A stretch of DNA of 64,000 nt from Eledone cirrhosa (Eukaryota). A program made the translations under genes and the position numbers. Below, in pieces: positions 40,006 to 53,496 of the stretch; position 1 is the first letter of the stretch, and the number at the start of each line of letters is the position of its first letter. The stretch covers positions 105,648,001 to 105,712,000 of the forward strand of contig OZ024740.1 of assembly GCA_964016885.1 (NCBI GenBank), read 5' to 3'. The notes beneath the pieces were generated by a model. The model was not told the DNA's origin. It searched no databases and saw nothing but the letters and a program-made list of their open reading frames with translations.

Positions 40006-40150
40006 GTTACACATACATACGAACTACTGACCAAATAATGTTTGGTATCAATAGGTTAAAGAGTGGTGAAGGTGGTGTATCTATATATATATTTTGAAAA
40101 TTTTGAAAGTAGGTTTATAGGTATGAATTTTCAGAACATTTTCGTGGTTG

Positions 40151-40220
40151 TCTCAGTGGACTAGCGGTAGGTACTAGAGACGGTGGAGATCCTGGTCTTG
40201 GGTTCAATCCTTGTCGAGAG
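40151..40220 (+). other. tRNA-like fragment or SINE head
   Basis: A-box-like TGGACTAGCGG, B-box GGTTCAATCC and terminal tctc/gaga pairing. The cloverleaf is not convincing. Confidence 0.35.
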
Positions 40221-40596
40221 GTATATATATATATATAATATAATATATATATATATCATAATAATATTTTCAGTTTAAGAAGATCCCGTTAAGGGTGAAA
40301 GCAGCGATTCTTTATATATATATATATATATATATACTAATTATTGACCCACTGAGGCGCAAGAATCGGTATTCCTCTTCACAATTAATTTTGCGAAACA
40401 GCATAACCAAAGCTGTCTGGGTGATTGGTAGTTACCACAATTCCGGTTTGTATTTATTTTCTTGATTTATTCTTAAATTGAGTCTGGCAAACCCTATTGT
40501 CTATAGTTAGTATTCTTTTCACGTTAGCAAATCTGGTCCCTTTCGATTTGAACACATATATGTATATATCTGTGTTTGATTTTCTTTTATATTCAA

Positions 40597-41464
40597 CTAG
40601 CAGTAAAGCCCGGCGTTGCTCGGGGTCGCTCAGTAGCTGTGTTAAAGTTACAATGTTAAGTTTCTTTCTTGGCTTAAAAACTGTAGTGTCTACTGTGCAG
40701 ACTTGCATGTGGTGTTTTTGATTAATATTCCCTCAACCAACAATATGCCTTATGAAGTTAAGAAAACATAACGATAACCCGAATGTTATAACAAAAGAGG
40801 ATGCTGGGGATAGAAACTGCACTGGTTATTTATTAACAAAGATCGAAAATGTAAACACTGCAACGCAGAGAAAAACATTAGCGTAACCAAATTATCAGTT
40901 ATGTCTGTCTGCACGCCTATATCACCTCTCTGCACGACTGTCTGTCTGCACGCCTATATCACCACTCTGCACGACTGTCTGTCTGCACGCCTATATCACC
41001 TCTCTGCACGACTGTCTGTCTGCACGACTGTCTGTCTGCACGCCTAACGACGAAATATTTGCTTGTTTTACGTAGTCTTTAAATAGACTTGTTTTCAAGT
41101 AAAAATATTGTTTTAAAATGCTTTTAAATGGAAATGAAGCAAAACGGAAGCTTAGTGTTCGAACTGATGAATGTGTTAATGTCATTTTAAACGCTGAGAA
41201 AGCCAGCGTAATTTTTTACGTAAGACGCTCAATGTAAACAGAACAAAGGGAAATAACTGATAACTTACGCTCAAAAATCGATACATTATATTCGATTTCG
41301 TCACATAGGGTGGGTCAATTTGAAATTTTTTTTATTCCGATGTCTTCGCTAGGGCTCAATGTACAAGTCTAGCAATTTCGGTGCAATTCCGTGAGAGATT
41401 CTAAGAGGAGATGTGTGCCAAAAATCGATAGACAGACAGACAACCACAGTTTTATATATATAGA
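40597..41464 (-). mobile_element. Intact 868-bp non-autonomous Helitron
   Basis: Minus strand A|TC...hairpin-CTAG|T, a canonical AT target with no TSD. Nearly identical to 15505-16455. Confidence 0.92.
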
Positions 41465-41583
41465 TTACAATATACGGCTCGGAAAAATCTCTTTCCTAGA
41501 GCTATTTTGTAAGAGACTATTTGAGTTTCTAACTCAATATATACCTTTGATATATATATATATATATACATATACACGCACTC

Positions 41584-41636
<53 letters not shown>

Positions 41637-41865
41637 TATGAAAGACCAATGGTCAGTATTGAAAGTCTCTCGAATTCGCAAAATACAAAATATCTTTTAT
41701 TGGAGAAGGTAAGATATTTTCCCGCAAAAAATTGATTGCACTGTTTTGTTTCCACTAATGTATTTTTTTTTAAATGTTCATTATAAAAATTAAATGATAG
41801 CATTCTATATGTAGGTTTGCCCCCTTCATCTCCTGGCAACCAATATTTTTAGACCCAGTCCGCCA

Positions 41866-41910
<45 letters not shown>

Positions 41911-41967
41911 CATTACTTGAAGTTTCATTTCATCCAGTGCATGTATGGGAAATTAATCTGTCAAAGC

Positions 41968-42120
41968 AAATTTTTCTCAAAGTCACACTTAAAGAAGGAA
42001 CTTACTGCAAGGCTACGAAATCTTTCTCCAAGTCACTCTCACAGAAGGATTTTACTGCAAGCATACGAAATTTTTCTTCAAGTCACATTAACGGAAGGAA
42101 TTCATTGCAAGGGTACGAAA
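41968..42120 (+). repeat. Three diverged 50-bp tandem units
   Basis: 'aaat.tttct..aagtcac....a..gaagga.....a.tgcaag...tacg' at 41968, 42018 and 42068. Confidence 0.8.
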
Positions 42121-43843
42121 CAACATTAGTTATTGGGCTTCCACACTTTGCGTCAATAAGCTATAGCATTCTATTTACCTGGCTGTAGATAGTTATACCA
42201 CATATTTTCAGCCAAGTGAACTGTTGGCTTTTATAACTAAATGTTTTGCTCATGGGTTTCAATGTTCCGCCAATGATGTTGTATGATCCAGTGTTTCACA
42301 TAATGGGGTGCAAATGATATACGTTAAACTATTTCAGTGGACAAGAGATTGTAACCGATTCAATCAACTTTTCCTAAATATTGATTTTGTTCATTAAAAA
42401 ACGAATCATGTATAAGCTTACTTTATCAATACGTTGATTCTACATTAGTAACATGTTGCTGAAAATAAATTTTGAAAAACAAAAAAAATAAAAACAACAT
42501 CTTTATCAAAATAGAGCATCACCAAAAAGCATTTGCAACCTTCACACATAGTACCATACTTTTCAGAAATTTGACTTAGTATTCTAGTTTAGATATTCAT
42601 CTGCCAACAGTTAAAATAGATTTCGTGGAAATGACTACATTTTTATCCCGCTCATGTTTAGACATTCTGGCAGCATTGTCAGCAATTAAACATTTAAATT
42701 CTTTAGATGACTCCTCTTTTTCATTTACTCGTTCTTTAGTTGTTATTAAACTTGTCTCCCTTGTTTCGTTTACCTTGTATGGCTCATAGCATTTCGCTTT
42801 GTTACATTGATTGATTACTGCGTTATTTATCGTTTTTCTTTTCACTTTAATCTTCTTTTGCGCAAGTTAATTCTGCCAAATTATGTTACAATACATTGTT
42901 ACATACACACATATTTACAGCATTATAACCCGATATTCAGACACACCTACGCTATTATACACCCACAAACATGCATATTCATATGTATGTTTATTCTATT
43001 GAATACATAATGCATATGAGATTTATAAAATTGATCTTATATTTTTCCCAAAACCTATGTTGTATGGTTTCCATATCTTCGTTAGAAATTGGAAAATCTA
43101 ATTAACCATTATTTATTGATGTTCTGCGTGTCATTCTCCTAAACTTTATATTTCTCTCTTGTCTGAGCTGTTTCTGTTAATTATTACTGGTCTGGAAATG
43201 TATGAGTTTATAAAAACAAAAAACAAAAAACAACAACTAAATACTCTATTTGTCGACGGATAGCAAACATAACAAGAAAATAAAAACAACAAGTACTGGA
43301 CAGCAACAGAAACAACATCTGTTCTAATATCAATTCTCTACTGAAGCAAACTAATATTATGTCCAAATTTACATGCCAAATACGTGATTGCTGCAAAGCA
43401 AGCAACTAACTGGAAGCTAATGTCAGATAATGGTTAAGTAATAACAACCGAGCAACTACTGCCAACAACTAAAAAAAATATGACAACGATATCACAGCCT
43501 ATTACTGAGAAATCCTCTCGATAATTACAATACATAATGGACAATAGATACAGTCTAAACACGTGAAACACAAGGAATGAAGAAGACATGGCAACGGAGT
43601 AGATGAAACAATTTACTAAGTAAAACAATAAGTAAAGAATCATTTTTACCATACGTAGAAGGACATACATTTTGCCGAGTGGAGCAGTATTCTTTCATTG
43701 GTTTCAGTGATGAGATTGCGGCCATGCAGAGGCACCAGTTTGATTATTTTAGCCAATAATATAGACTCCAATATTTATTTCTGGTACTTATTTTTTAGAT
43801 TTATTATTTTGTGTTCAAACAGCTATGTTACGGAAAATAAACA

Positions 43844-43910
<67 letters not shown>

Positions 43911-43987
43911 ATTATTAGGGTAAACATTGATGCAATGAGATTAAAAACCTTTTTTTGTATAGCAAACCGTGTCACTCTTCTTTCCTG

Positions 43988-44029
<42 letters not shown>

Positions 44030-44033
<4 letters not shown>

Positions 44034-45180
44034 CAGGAAAGAAGAGTGACACGGTTTGCTATACAAAAAAAGGTTTTTAATCTCATTGCTGACAATTGTT
44101 TCTCTGAACTGGTAGGTCTAGAGATCGCTACCCGCTTGTTTTCACGTCATTCGATCACCAATACATAGTTGTAACCAGTCAATTCATCGGAGCTTGTGAG
44201 AATGAAAGGAATATACAGGCATGGTTACTATATATAGTAGTAATAGCATTCAATCAGAACAATAACAACAATACTAATAATGCTAGCAATAAATTATTTG
44301 AAATAATCACAACAGCAATCTATTTAAGAAATATAGTATATCTACGACTTTAGCGTGTAAAACTAGCTGACATGAGGCAGATGTGTCAAATTCACATGTA
44401 AAAGCTGTCATGGGGTGTATTATATATAGTGTAGAGATAAGCCAGTGTCTTTAAACAATGAATCATTTCCTTTACTGTAGGTCTGGTGACCGTAAGAATC
44501 ATTTATTATCTGACAGATGAAAAATTCATCACTGTAGTGAGGATAGTTATATATATATATAAAGAAAAAGCATGCTGACTACAATTATAATAGGAGGAAG
44601 GTAATGTTCTACTGTAGTAGTATTTTGAAATGTTCTTGGATTTAGGTTCATTTGTTGAGAGTCAAAGGGTGAGGAAGTTGTGTTGACAGCAGCTGAGAAG
44701 GGATATATTTATGGGTTGATAAGTTACTTACAGACATTACTGTGGTATAGAATTAAGAAGGCTAGAATGTACTTAATGATTATATTTCTGTGGTGGTCCG
44801 TGCAGTATTGTGTATATCCTAAGTTGAAAGTTAAGTTATGTCGGTTCGATTAACGGAGGGTTAAATCTTGTGAATTTAGTGGCGATCCTGTGTCTGCAGA
44901 AGATTGATCTTTCTAACTTGTTGTTGAGTAGCCTTTTTACATTCCAAAGGATATATAGTAATTCTAGATCACAGAGCCTACAGTTGGACATACCGGTACT
45001 GTAAGTCCTTCTCACAAGCTCCGATGAATTGAATGATTACAACTATGTATTGGTGATCGAATGACGTGAAAACAAGCGGGTAGCAATCTCTAGACCTACC
45101 AGTTCAGAGAAACAATTCTCAGCAATGAGATTAAAAACCATTTTTGTATAGCAAACCGTGTCACTCTTCTTTCCTGATTT
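44030..45180 (-). mobile_element. Severely 5'-truncated Penelope-like element with inverted pseudo-LTR
   Basis: Minus strand ~45005-44855 encodes YSTGMSNCRLCDLELLYIL..LLNNKLERSIFCRH, similar to the C-terminus of the PLE ORF at 53705. 44030-44202 and 45009-45180 are inverted copies. Confidence 0.75.
44081..44201 (-). ncRNA. HHR motif with CCGAUGA core and long stem II (inverted copy at 45010-45130 +)
   Basis: UCUCA..GCU-CCGAUGA-..UGACUGGU[insert]ACCAGUUCA..-GAAAC-AAUU-GUC/AGC..UGAGA. Confidence 0.55.
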
Positions 45181-45349
45181 ATCATTACTCCAGGTGTTAA
45201 CCACATAGAAATTACCGCGTACTCGCAGCATCCCTATGGAAAAGCCTTGTTAAGTCAAACTTAGCCAAGCGTTGATATCATCCACTACTCGGAGTACCCT
45301 AACTGGACTACACTTAAGTGGACTACCTATAACAATAATCTGTTACCCC

Positions 45350-45417
<68 letters not shown>

Positions 45418-45479
45418 TAAAATAACAGATTAAAGTTTAAGCAAAGAATCGCTGCTTTCACCCTTAACGGGATCTTCTT

Positions 45480-46590
45480 CCGAACAACCCCTCTATTCGG
45501 CTTATTAACCCTACGAAGTCCGATTTAGGTAGACTTAGTAAAACGATTCTTGATAGAATTATACCTGAAATTAGAAGTTTGGCCCCTCTTGCACTGTGGA
45601 AAATTTCTTTCGCGGTGATTGATTGGTTCAACGGCATATGCAACAAGGAACATTGCCCTTTTATCCAATTCGACATCAATAATTACTACTCCTCCATCAC
45701 TTTACCACTTCTCCTTAGAGCTATCAATTTCGCTAAAACACTCAAAGTGGTTAAGGATTTCGAAGTTGATGTCATCCCCAATGCCCGAAAGTTGGTGATT
45801 AATTTCGACGACTCTATTTGCATTAACAAATCTAGTAGTACCCCATTCGACGTGAGTATGGACGCCAGCGATTCTGCGGAGGTTACTGATCTTATCGGCC
45901 TTTTCCTTCTTTTCTCTATCAAGGAAGAATTCCCCAACGTGGGCGGCGGTTTGTACCGTGATGATGGTCTTTTGACCATGACTTAGTGCGGCCCACGTGC
46001 TTGCGACAGGTTCAGAAAAGAACTCACAGCCTTCTTTAAAGGCTTCAACCTCTCCATACAGGTTGAGGCCAACCTCTCGGTCGTTAATTACCCCGACGTT
46101 ACCCTCAATTTATCGAATGGCTTGCATTACCCGTATAGAAAGCCGAATGATACGCTTAATTACATAAGTAAGCATTCTAACCATCTGCCAGCATAACCAA
46201 GAACGTGGTAAGAAACGTTTCTTTGAGGCTTTCCCGTCTATCTACTAACGAGCATATTTTCAACGACCATTCCACATATTACAATGAAGCTCTTGCTCGG
46301 AGTGGATTTGTCGATAATGTAGCATATACAGAGTACGAGAATAGACCTAGAAGAAATAGATCCCGACGCATTATATGGTATAAGCCACCATATAATATGG
46401 AGGTGGCCACATCATTAGCTAAGATCTTTCCCTCCCTTATTATGAAGCATTTTCCCCCTACACATAAATATAGTAAAATTTTTAATAGAAATACTATTAA
46501 AATTTCTTACTCTACGACTCCTAACCTTGCACATAACATCACAGCTTCAAATTTAGCTAAACCACCTAGCCGTAGGAACGCGTGCAACCC
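45480..46590 (+). pseudogene. Penelope-like reverse transcriptase fragment
   Basis: IRLINPTKSDLGRLSK, FIQFDINNYYSSIT, GLYRDDGL, IIWYKPPYN, KIFNRNTIKISYS. Contains stops and frameshifts, and the GIY-YIG part is missing. Confidence 0.9.
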
Positions 46591-46689
46591 TGTAGTTAGG
46601 GGTGGGGGTGGGGTGGGGTTGGGGGTTGGGGGGGGGGGGGGTGATTGCTTCTAAAAATATCTATATTGGTATTTTTTCTTAAAAGAAAT

Positions 46690-46727
<38 letters not shown>

Positions 46728-46979
46728 GTTCCACGTTAGTTTAATGTTTACATATGTTTCCATTCTGATCAAATGGCTATATCACACTTGAAACATATGT
46801 AAAGCATTAAACTAACGAAGAATTTCGATTTCATCTTTCTATTTGCTTATATATATATTTATATATATTAGTCTTCGAAGACTTGAATGGGCCTGTTTTT
46901 TTTTTGCTAAGAATATTTTTTGTTTTTGTCACTACCTACTCTCCTCTATATTTGTAATTCTTTGATTTCTCATTCTATA

Positions 46980-47013
46980 TTCTGATGAAGGACTAGCGTC
47001 CGAAATGTTAAGA
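46980..47013 (+). ncRNA. Minimal HHR-like motif, degenerate
   Basis: CTGATGA-a-GGAC-tagc-GTCC-GAAA-tgtta. Stems I and III are weak. A more decayed relative lies at ~48513-48540. Confidence 0.45.
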
Positions 47014-47929
47014 CTGTCTTACTATAATATCAATCGTAAAACTAATAACATATTTTTTCGTTGTCCTGTCTCGTTTGCGTTGTTATTTTTGTATGTATTC
47101 CCGCCCATATATATATTTATGTGTGTGTGTGTGTGTATATATATATACACACACACATATTTACATAGTCCTGTGATTTTAAGTTAATTTCTTCACGTCC
47201 TTCTACTATTTACTGAAGCCCTGAAAAGAGTCATACGTGCCGCCCTTCTTCCCTGGAGTATGTTACTTATAAATAAATAATTGAATGATGAACGCTTAGC
47301 TAAAGTGTCTAATGAATACATTGCCCAATGCTTCCTTTCCCTTTTTAGAGTGTCACTAGAGGGAAGTTTGGCTGCTATTTCTAAACGGTTGTGCAACCAA
47401 GTAGACATAATTTTATACGTACAGATTTTCTTATGTAAGTATTAAACTTTTGCGTGGTGAATGCCAGCATAGTGCCATAAAGAATTTAATCTCGGCCTTG
47501 TTGATTTTCATTGCCTAACAACATAAGCTTGACTCAATTAAAATCTCTTCAATTCAAAAAACATTACTACATATAATCAAGATACAATATAAAAAGACAT
47601 GCCTTTCTCATGTATCCACCAATAATAACAGCCACATCAAACATATAACGACGGGAGATTTGTTTTCAGAATTAATCGGATTATCACGCAACGTTTCAGA
47701 AGTTCCAAAGCCAACTGTTTTCCATTAATGGTAACATTCGATTGAAGGAGACAGCGTGGGAGACTGTCTAAGAAGTTGCTCGGCTTGATAGAAATAGCAT
47801 ACCAAATCCCCCTCAAATACAATGTTATCATCATTGAAACAATGTCTTAATTAGTGACATCAGTTGTGAATAAGATTATAAACTGCATATATTAACTCTA
47901 TATTTAGATATAAAATCTGTTTTAATATT

Positions 47930-48200
47930 TGCAGCTACACAATGTTTCAATCAGTTTGATCAAATTTGGTATCATCAAGGAATAGATTTATAACATCGTA
48001 GAAGTCAATAAGGGCAGCCTCACTCCCAACCCACTTTATTCAACATTTTCCTGGAACGGATCATGAGCCAGCCCTTGTAGATAATGTAGACGTAGTCAGC
48101 ATTGGAGTGAGGAACATCACAAACCTAAGATTTGTAGAGGATGTTGATAGTCTTGCAAGAAAAGAGGATAAAGCCTCCCGTGTCGAAAAATCCCCAATTT
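47930..48200 (+). pseudogene. RTE-clade LINE RT fragment
   Basis: LFNIFLERIM..VVSIGVRNITNLRFVEDVDSLA resembles the RTE 'NLRFADD' region. Confidence 0.65.
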
Positions 48201-48922
48201 ATGACAAACGTCAATGTGTCATCACTGGATACACCAGTGTACAAGAACAAAAACTAGAGAGAGGACAGCATTTTAATGGCAGGGGATGATCATTAATGAT
48301 AAAGGGCCAAGACAAGAAGAAGATGATAACGTGAGGCGTAAGAATGAGAGGGGATGGAAATGAAGAAAAAATGGGAAGGTTAGGAATGGAAAAGGAACAT
48401 AATATCGAAAATTGAAAACACACACACAAAAAAAAAGGCTGAAAATTACTTTAGTCCTTAGTTCGATTTTCTTTCCTTTCTGTTCTTTTTCTCTTTTTCT
48501 CCATCTGTTTTTTGTAGAAGGACTTTGTCCAAAATGTCAATAAGCTTATTCCACCTTTGAATGTCGTTCAAATGTAAATAAAAAAAAACAACATTTCTAT
48601 TACTAAGGCGTTTATTCTATTGAAGCAACAGCTTTATAAGTAAACATTTGTTGTATTTATTGACCTGCGGAGTATTTTATGAGCGGTTTTCTGACAGAAG
48701 TTTGTAGATAAAATTAGAGACAACATGAACTCCATTTTGATTAATTGCTTATTCATAAGCGGTAGGAGCGCAGAAATCTTGTTGCTTATCGACTTAGAAA
48801 ATTTGGTTCGTTTGAGGCACAAATACAAATATATCCGTCCACATACACAAATGCATAAATGTATACCCATACCAAAATTCATATCTACATGTATGTACGC
48901 GGAGTCAGGTATATATGTGTAT

Positions 48923-48972
<50 letters not shown>

Positions 48973-49236
48973 TGTCGAGATCGATTCAATAAATTACCGG
49001 TCAAGTACTTAAATCGATTCAATCGATTTTTTCCTTCTCTTAAATGTTCTGGATTTATGCCAATATTAGAAATAACTCTTAAATATAAGGATTTCTTTAA
49101 CAAGAATTTTTAAAAATCAACGATGAAAACTTCACTTCTATTGACACAGATTCACACAATGCCAACATTTCAGTCTGGGAAAGCAAACGATATAAGCATA
49201 AAATAACAAACCATTTAAACATATATATATATATAT

Positions 49237-49313
<77 letters not shown>

Positions 49314-50131
49314 TATTGAAGTTTCAGTTGAAAACAGAAAAAGTCATAGGAGTGAAGAGTGCTCTATGTAAGTACCAGAGCAAAATTTAATGTATAAAAA
49401 ACGACAATACAATATAATTATCTCATTACCAGAGGTTTCCCGAATAAGGCGAATACGAAAGAAACGTCTTCATTCGTTCGTTGGACGAGGCAATATAAAA
49501 CATAGCTAAATATTTGGAAAGTCTCCTCAAGAAATGCAAAAAAAATTACATAAATATAGATGAAGGTAATACAATAGACATATAAAATATCTAAAAAAAT
49601 GTTTAAGAAATATAGTTAGGTGTGTGTATATGTATGTATATACACTCACTGATGTACATATGTATGTATGTACAAATGTGTGTATATAGTGAAAATGTGT
49701 GCGTAAATATATATATGAGGGTAAGTATATCTGTGTATATGTAACTACAGACACAGGCATGATAAGAGTTGACAGGTATACAGAAAAACAGGGTATTAGA
49801 TACATTATAAGAATATGAAGGCACGCGTATAAACACACACACACACACGCGCGTACACTTATATGCGGAAGAAAAAGAGGTAAGGGAGTGTAATAGTAAA
49901 AAGAAAGTATCATTCTCGATATATTTATAAAAATGGAACAATAATTTAGAAAGAAAAATAATTGCGAAGTAAAGAAAAGAAAACAAACAAGGTACACGCG
50001 TACATACACACATATATCTATAAGAAACGTATATCTATAAAATAAATATATATATACACGCAAAACGTGCAGACAAAAGCGTATGCAAGTATACATACAC
50101 ACACAGGATGCACATATATATATATACATAC

Positions 50132-50216
<85 letters not shown>

Positions 50217-50355
50217 TTGTTATATAGTAAGGTGTATTATTGGTTGTGTCAAACGGTCCAATAAATGTTTGTTAGCAATATTAAGTTCTGCACGCTTTTG
50301 TATATCTCCAATTCCATTTATGGGAACAGCTAGATGATGTAAAACGGAGTATTTG

Positions 50356-52467
50356 TATCAAAATAAAGATCCGAAGGCATGGTATAAATTTCGAATCATT
50401 TTAATTACGACACATATTTCAATAAGAGCTAGATCGATCGTGTAGCCATGATCGATTTTCACTGATCTCGTCAGGTGAAAATGAATTGTTTTCAAATCCT
50501 TGATATGAGAGAGAAAATTAACGATGTTCACTCACAGAGTTTAGTCTCTCATATGAAGATCAAACAGTCAAAACACGGCGACTGCTATCGTCTTCAGTTA
50601 GGGTCATAAAACTATCAAGTCTCTATCTCCCAATAGCTGTAAAAGACGCTGGACATCAATCAAATCTGTAGAATTACAGTCGGTCACAGTTAATGTGAGT
50701 GTGTACACACACACTCACACACACCAACGCGAGGTCAAAGAAAAAATATATATACATACACCAACATCGTATCAAATCTGTAGAACTATAGACGGTCACA
50801 GTTAGTGTGAGTGAGTACACACACACACTCACACACACCGACGCGAGGTCAAAGAAAAGATATATAAATATACCAATATAGTATTCACCAAAAGTTAGTT
50901 TACAAAACAACAAATGTTATATTCCAATTTGACGATGTAAATTGGAAAAGATTGGGTCAACCGCAACCCTATACACACGCAAGTAAGTTCAGTTCAATGT
51001 TCTGCTATACGTGTATAGATTGAATTGTAACATCCGTATCTCCAAATAGTGTTTGCATTGGTATATACACATCCGTATCGTTCAAAAAAGTGTATGTTTT
51101 GGTATATACACATCCATGTGAAGAGCAAGTAGTCAGCTCATAACGAATTCAGTATGTGCCGTTGTCCCATAGAGAATCTGAGTCCCCAAATGTGAGCGTG
51201 CAAGCAACCGCTATGTAGGCCACCAAGGCGCTCTGTGTAGGGTTGGGTATTTGGGTTAAGGTGTCAGTATGTGCGTTTTCCCGTCATATGGGCCCTTGGG
51301 CTTTTAAGATGGGTGTTTGAGTGGTGGAGGTGTGTTACCTAACTCAAAAATAAAATAAAATGAAATAAAATAACAAAGAATATCAAAATCCAGAGGATGT
51401 GTGTAGGCCCATTAATGGTGTGTAAGTATTATTGTCCAATCTGTAACCGTGAACACTCCATGGTTAGATGATCACGGATCAAAACCTAGTGTAGAGTTAA
51501 ATCGATAGGAACGTGACTAGTCATAACTGTGGGAACTCCGTGTCTAAAGAAACCGGGTACTGTGTGTAGAGTTATGTATAGAGAGTGTAATCGGTCTTAA
51601 CTGAGTGTGTAATACGTCTAGCTATATCCTAACCGAGAGAACTCAATGGTTAGGGTATCCTAAAATAATGGTGAATGCGCGTAATCGGTCTGAGTGTGTA
51701 ATCATTCTAACTATTTACTAAGTAGGTATTCTAATGTGCACTCAGCTGTGAGAACTATGTGGAAACAGACCGAGTACCGTTTGTAAGTGCGCAAACGATC
51801 TTAGCTGTCTAACTACCTCAGTGTGTGATGATCTGTTTTTTGCTAATTGAGAGAACTCTATGGCTAAGGTAGAGAGGGAGGAGTTAGTAGTAGGTTACTT
51901 TCCAAAAATCCTGCGGAAGGTTTTCGAGGTTCTATGTTGGCAGTTGCTGAAAAAATCCGCTCTCCTATTGATTAATAGGGGGCCGCCTCTAATAATATTA
52001 ATGGTTTCAGCTATACATAAATTACAGACGCCCGTGCTGCCGTTATATGGCTGGGCTGAGCAAATTATGGACCAGGATAAGGAGTGCTCTATATTCTGTT
52101 GTTTAAGCTTCCAGACTAATTCAGAAAGCGCCGTGCTATTTTTTTAAATCTAATCTATTAAAGGTATGGCGGTGATTATACCATCTCTCCTTAAATTCAG
52201 TGCCAGTTGCCCCAACATACCTGAAGGTTGTATCTAAAGTGGAGACCTTACAGTCGTAGACTATGTTTTTGGTGAGGACTAAACTCTGTGAGTGAACATC
52301 GTTAATTTTCTCCCTCATATCAAGGATTTGAAGACCATTCATTTTCACCTGACGAGATCAGTGATAATCGATCATGGCTACACGATCGATCTATCTCTTA
52401 TTGAAACATGTGTCGTAATTAAAATGATTAGAAATTTATACCATGCCTTCGGATCTTTATTTTGATA
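50356..52467 (-). mobile_element. 5'-truncated Penelope-like element bounded by ~190-bp inverted pseudo-LTRs
   Basis: GIY-YIG fragment IVYDCKV..RYVGATGTEFKERWYNHRHTF (52136-52270), continuing into LSELVWKLK..CNLCIAE. 50356-50547 is the reverse complement of 52277-52467. Confidence 0.85.
52340..52426 (+). ncRNA. HHR motif in the PLE pseudo-LTR (second copy 50397-50483 -)
   Basis: CAUUUU-c-AC-CUGACGA-[hairpin AUCGAUC/GAUCGAU]-GAAAC-AUGU-GUC/GU..AAAAUG. Confidence 0.6.
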
Positions 52468-53055
52468 TATATATATATATACATACGATATATATATACA
52501 TACGATTCTCTAACTGGATTGTCAAACGCTCAATATCGAATTGTCGTGGATTATGTGAGGGGCATATAATCTGAAAAATACACTCCCCAGACTATGAAAA
52601 TGTCGAAGTACATGAAGTCCATAACATCCCTTCGCTGTGCATTTCCAATACTCTTAATATTTTTAATGCTTGCACTATTTTTAATGCTTATATCATTTCT
52701 CCACACACAGACTATAACAATCATATAAAGAATTTGCCACCAGATCAACCAACCTAACACTCTTGTTTACCTACCTAAGTGCTTCTACTACACGTAACTC
52801 TCTGCCACACTACATAAACAAGACGCACGTGCTTGCCACACATATAACATTTGCACTATATAACCGCTTATTTTCATGTTGTATTTTAACCTGTATTTTT
52901 GATTTTTGATTGTACCTTTTAATATGAATGTAATCTCTAAGTGTGTACTTCCACTCTAAATGCTGTAATGAATGTTGACCCACAATATTTGCATATGTAT
53001 CTGTATGTCTCTTGGGTGAAAAGGAGGTCATATAACTGTCCATTCATTAATAAAT

Positions 53056-53102
53056 TGCTCCGAAGAATCCAAACCTCGGTTTGGAGGAAACAGTTGTAAG
53101 CA
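53056..53102 (+). ncRNA. HHR motif with CCGAAGA core
   Basis: UGCU-CCGAAGA-a-UCCAAAC-cucg-GUUUGGA-g-GAAAC-AGUU-GUA/AGCA. All three stems are present. Confidence 0.6.
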
Positions 53103-53313
53103 CAAAAATGTTTTGAACAGTTCTTTGATTCTTATATTTCATATAACTGCTCTGTAAATCATCTGATGTTTTTACATTGAGCTACTTAACTTACTGGTAA
53201 TAAGGTAGTAATATATTACTGCCTACCACTATTTAGGGTTTGTATTAAAAAATATATATAACTGCAAAAGGTTTTTGTATTTACATAATCATAAATAGTA
53301 TAATTAATACTAA

Positions 53314-53401
<88 letters not shown>

Positions 53402-53496
53402 GTAGAACACTCGAAGGTAATATCCGTAGTGGTAGAGCACTCAGTCCATGGGACGAGTTAGGTAGAAGTGGTTACACAGCAGTTAGTTCACCATAC

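Larger units (their letters stand above)
39658..41868. mobile_element. Non-autonomous hAT-like element with nested insertions
   Basis: 13-bp TIR CAGTGGCGGACTG / CAGTCCGCCACTG. Flanks tatatgta / tatatata match at 7 of 8, a possible 8-bp TSD. Confidence 0.7.

Noticed and set aside
42180-42860. Non-repetitive stretch with an 82-aa minus-strand ORF
   Set aside because: No recognisable domain or clear splice signals. A homology search is needed.
49427-49473. HHR-like AUGAAGA..GAAACC-UCU-GGUA on the minus strand
   Set aside because: C3 is missing and there is no convincing stem I. At best it is a decayed copy.
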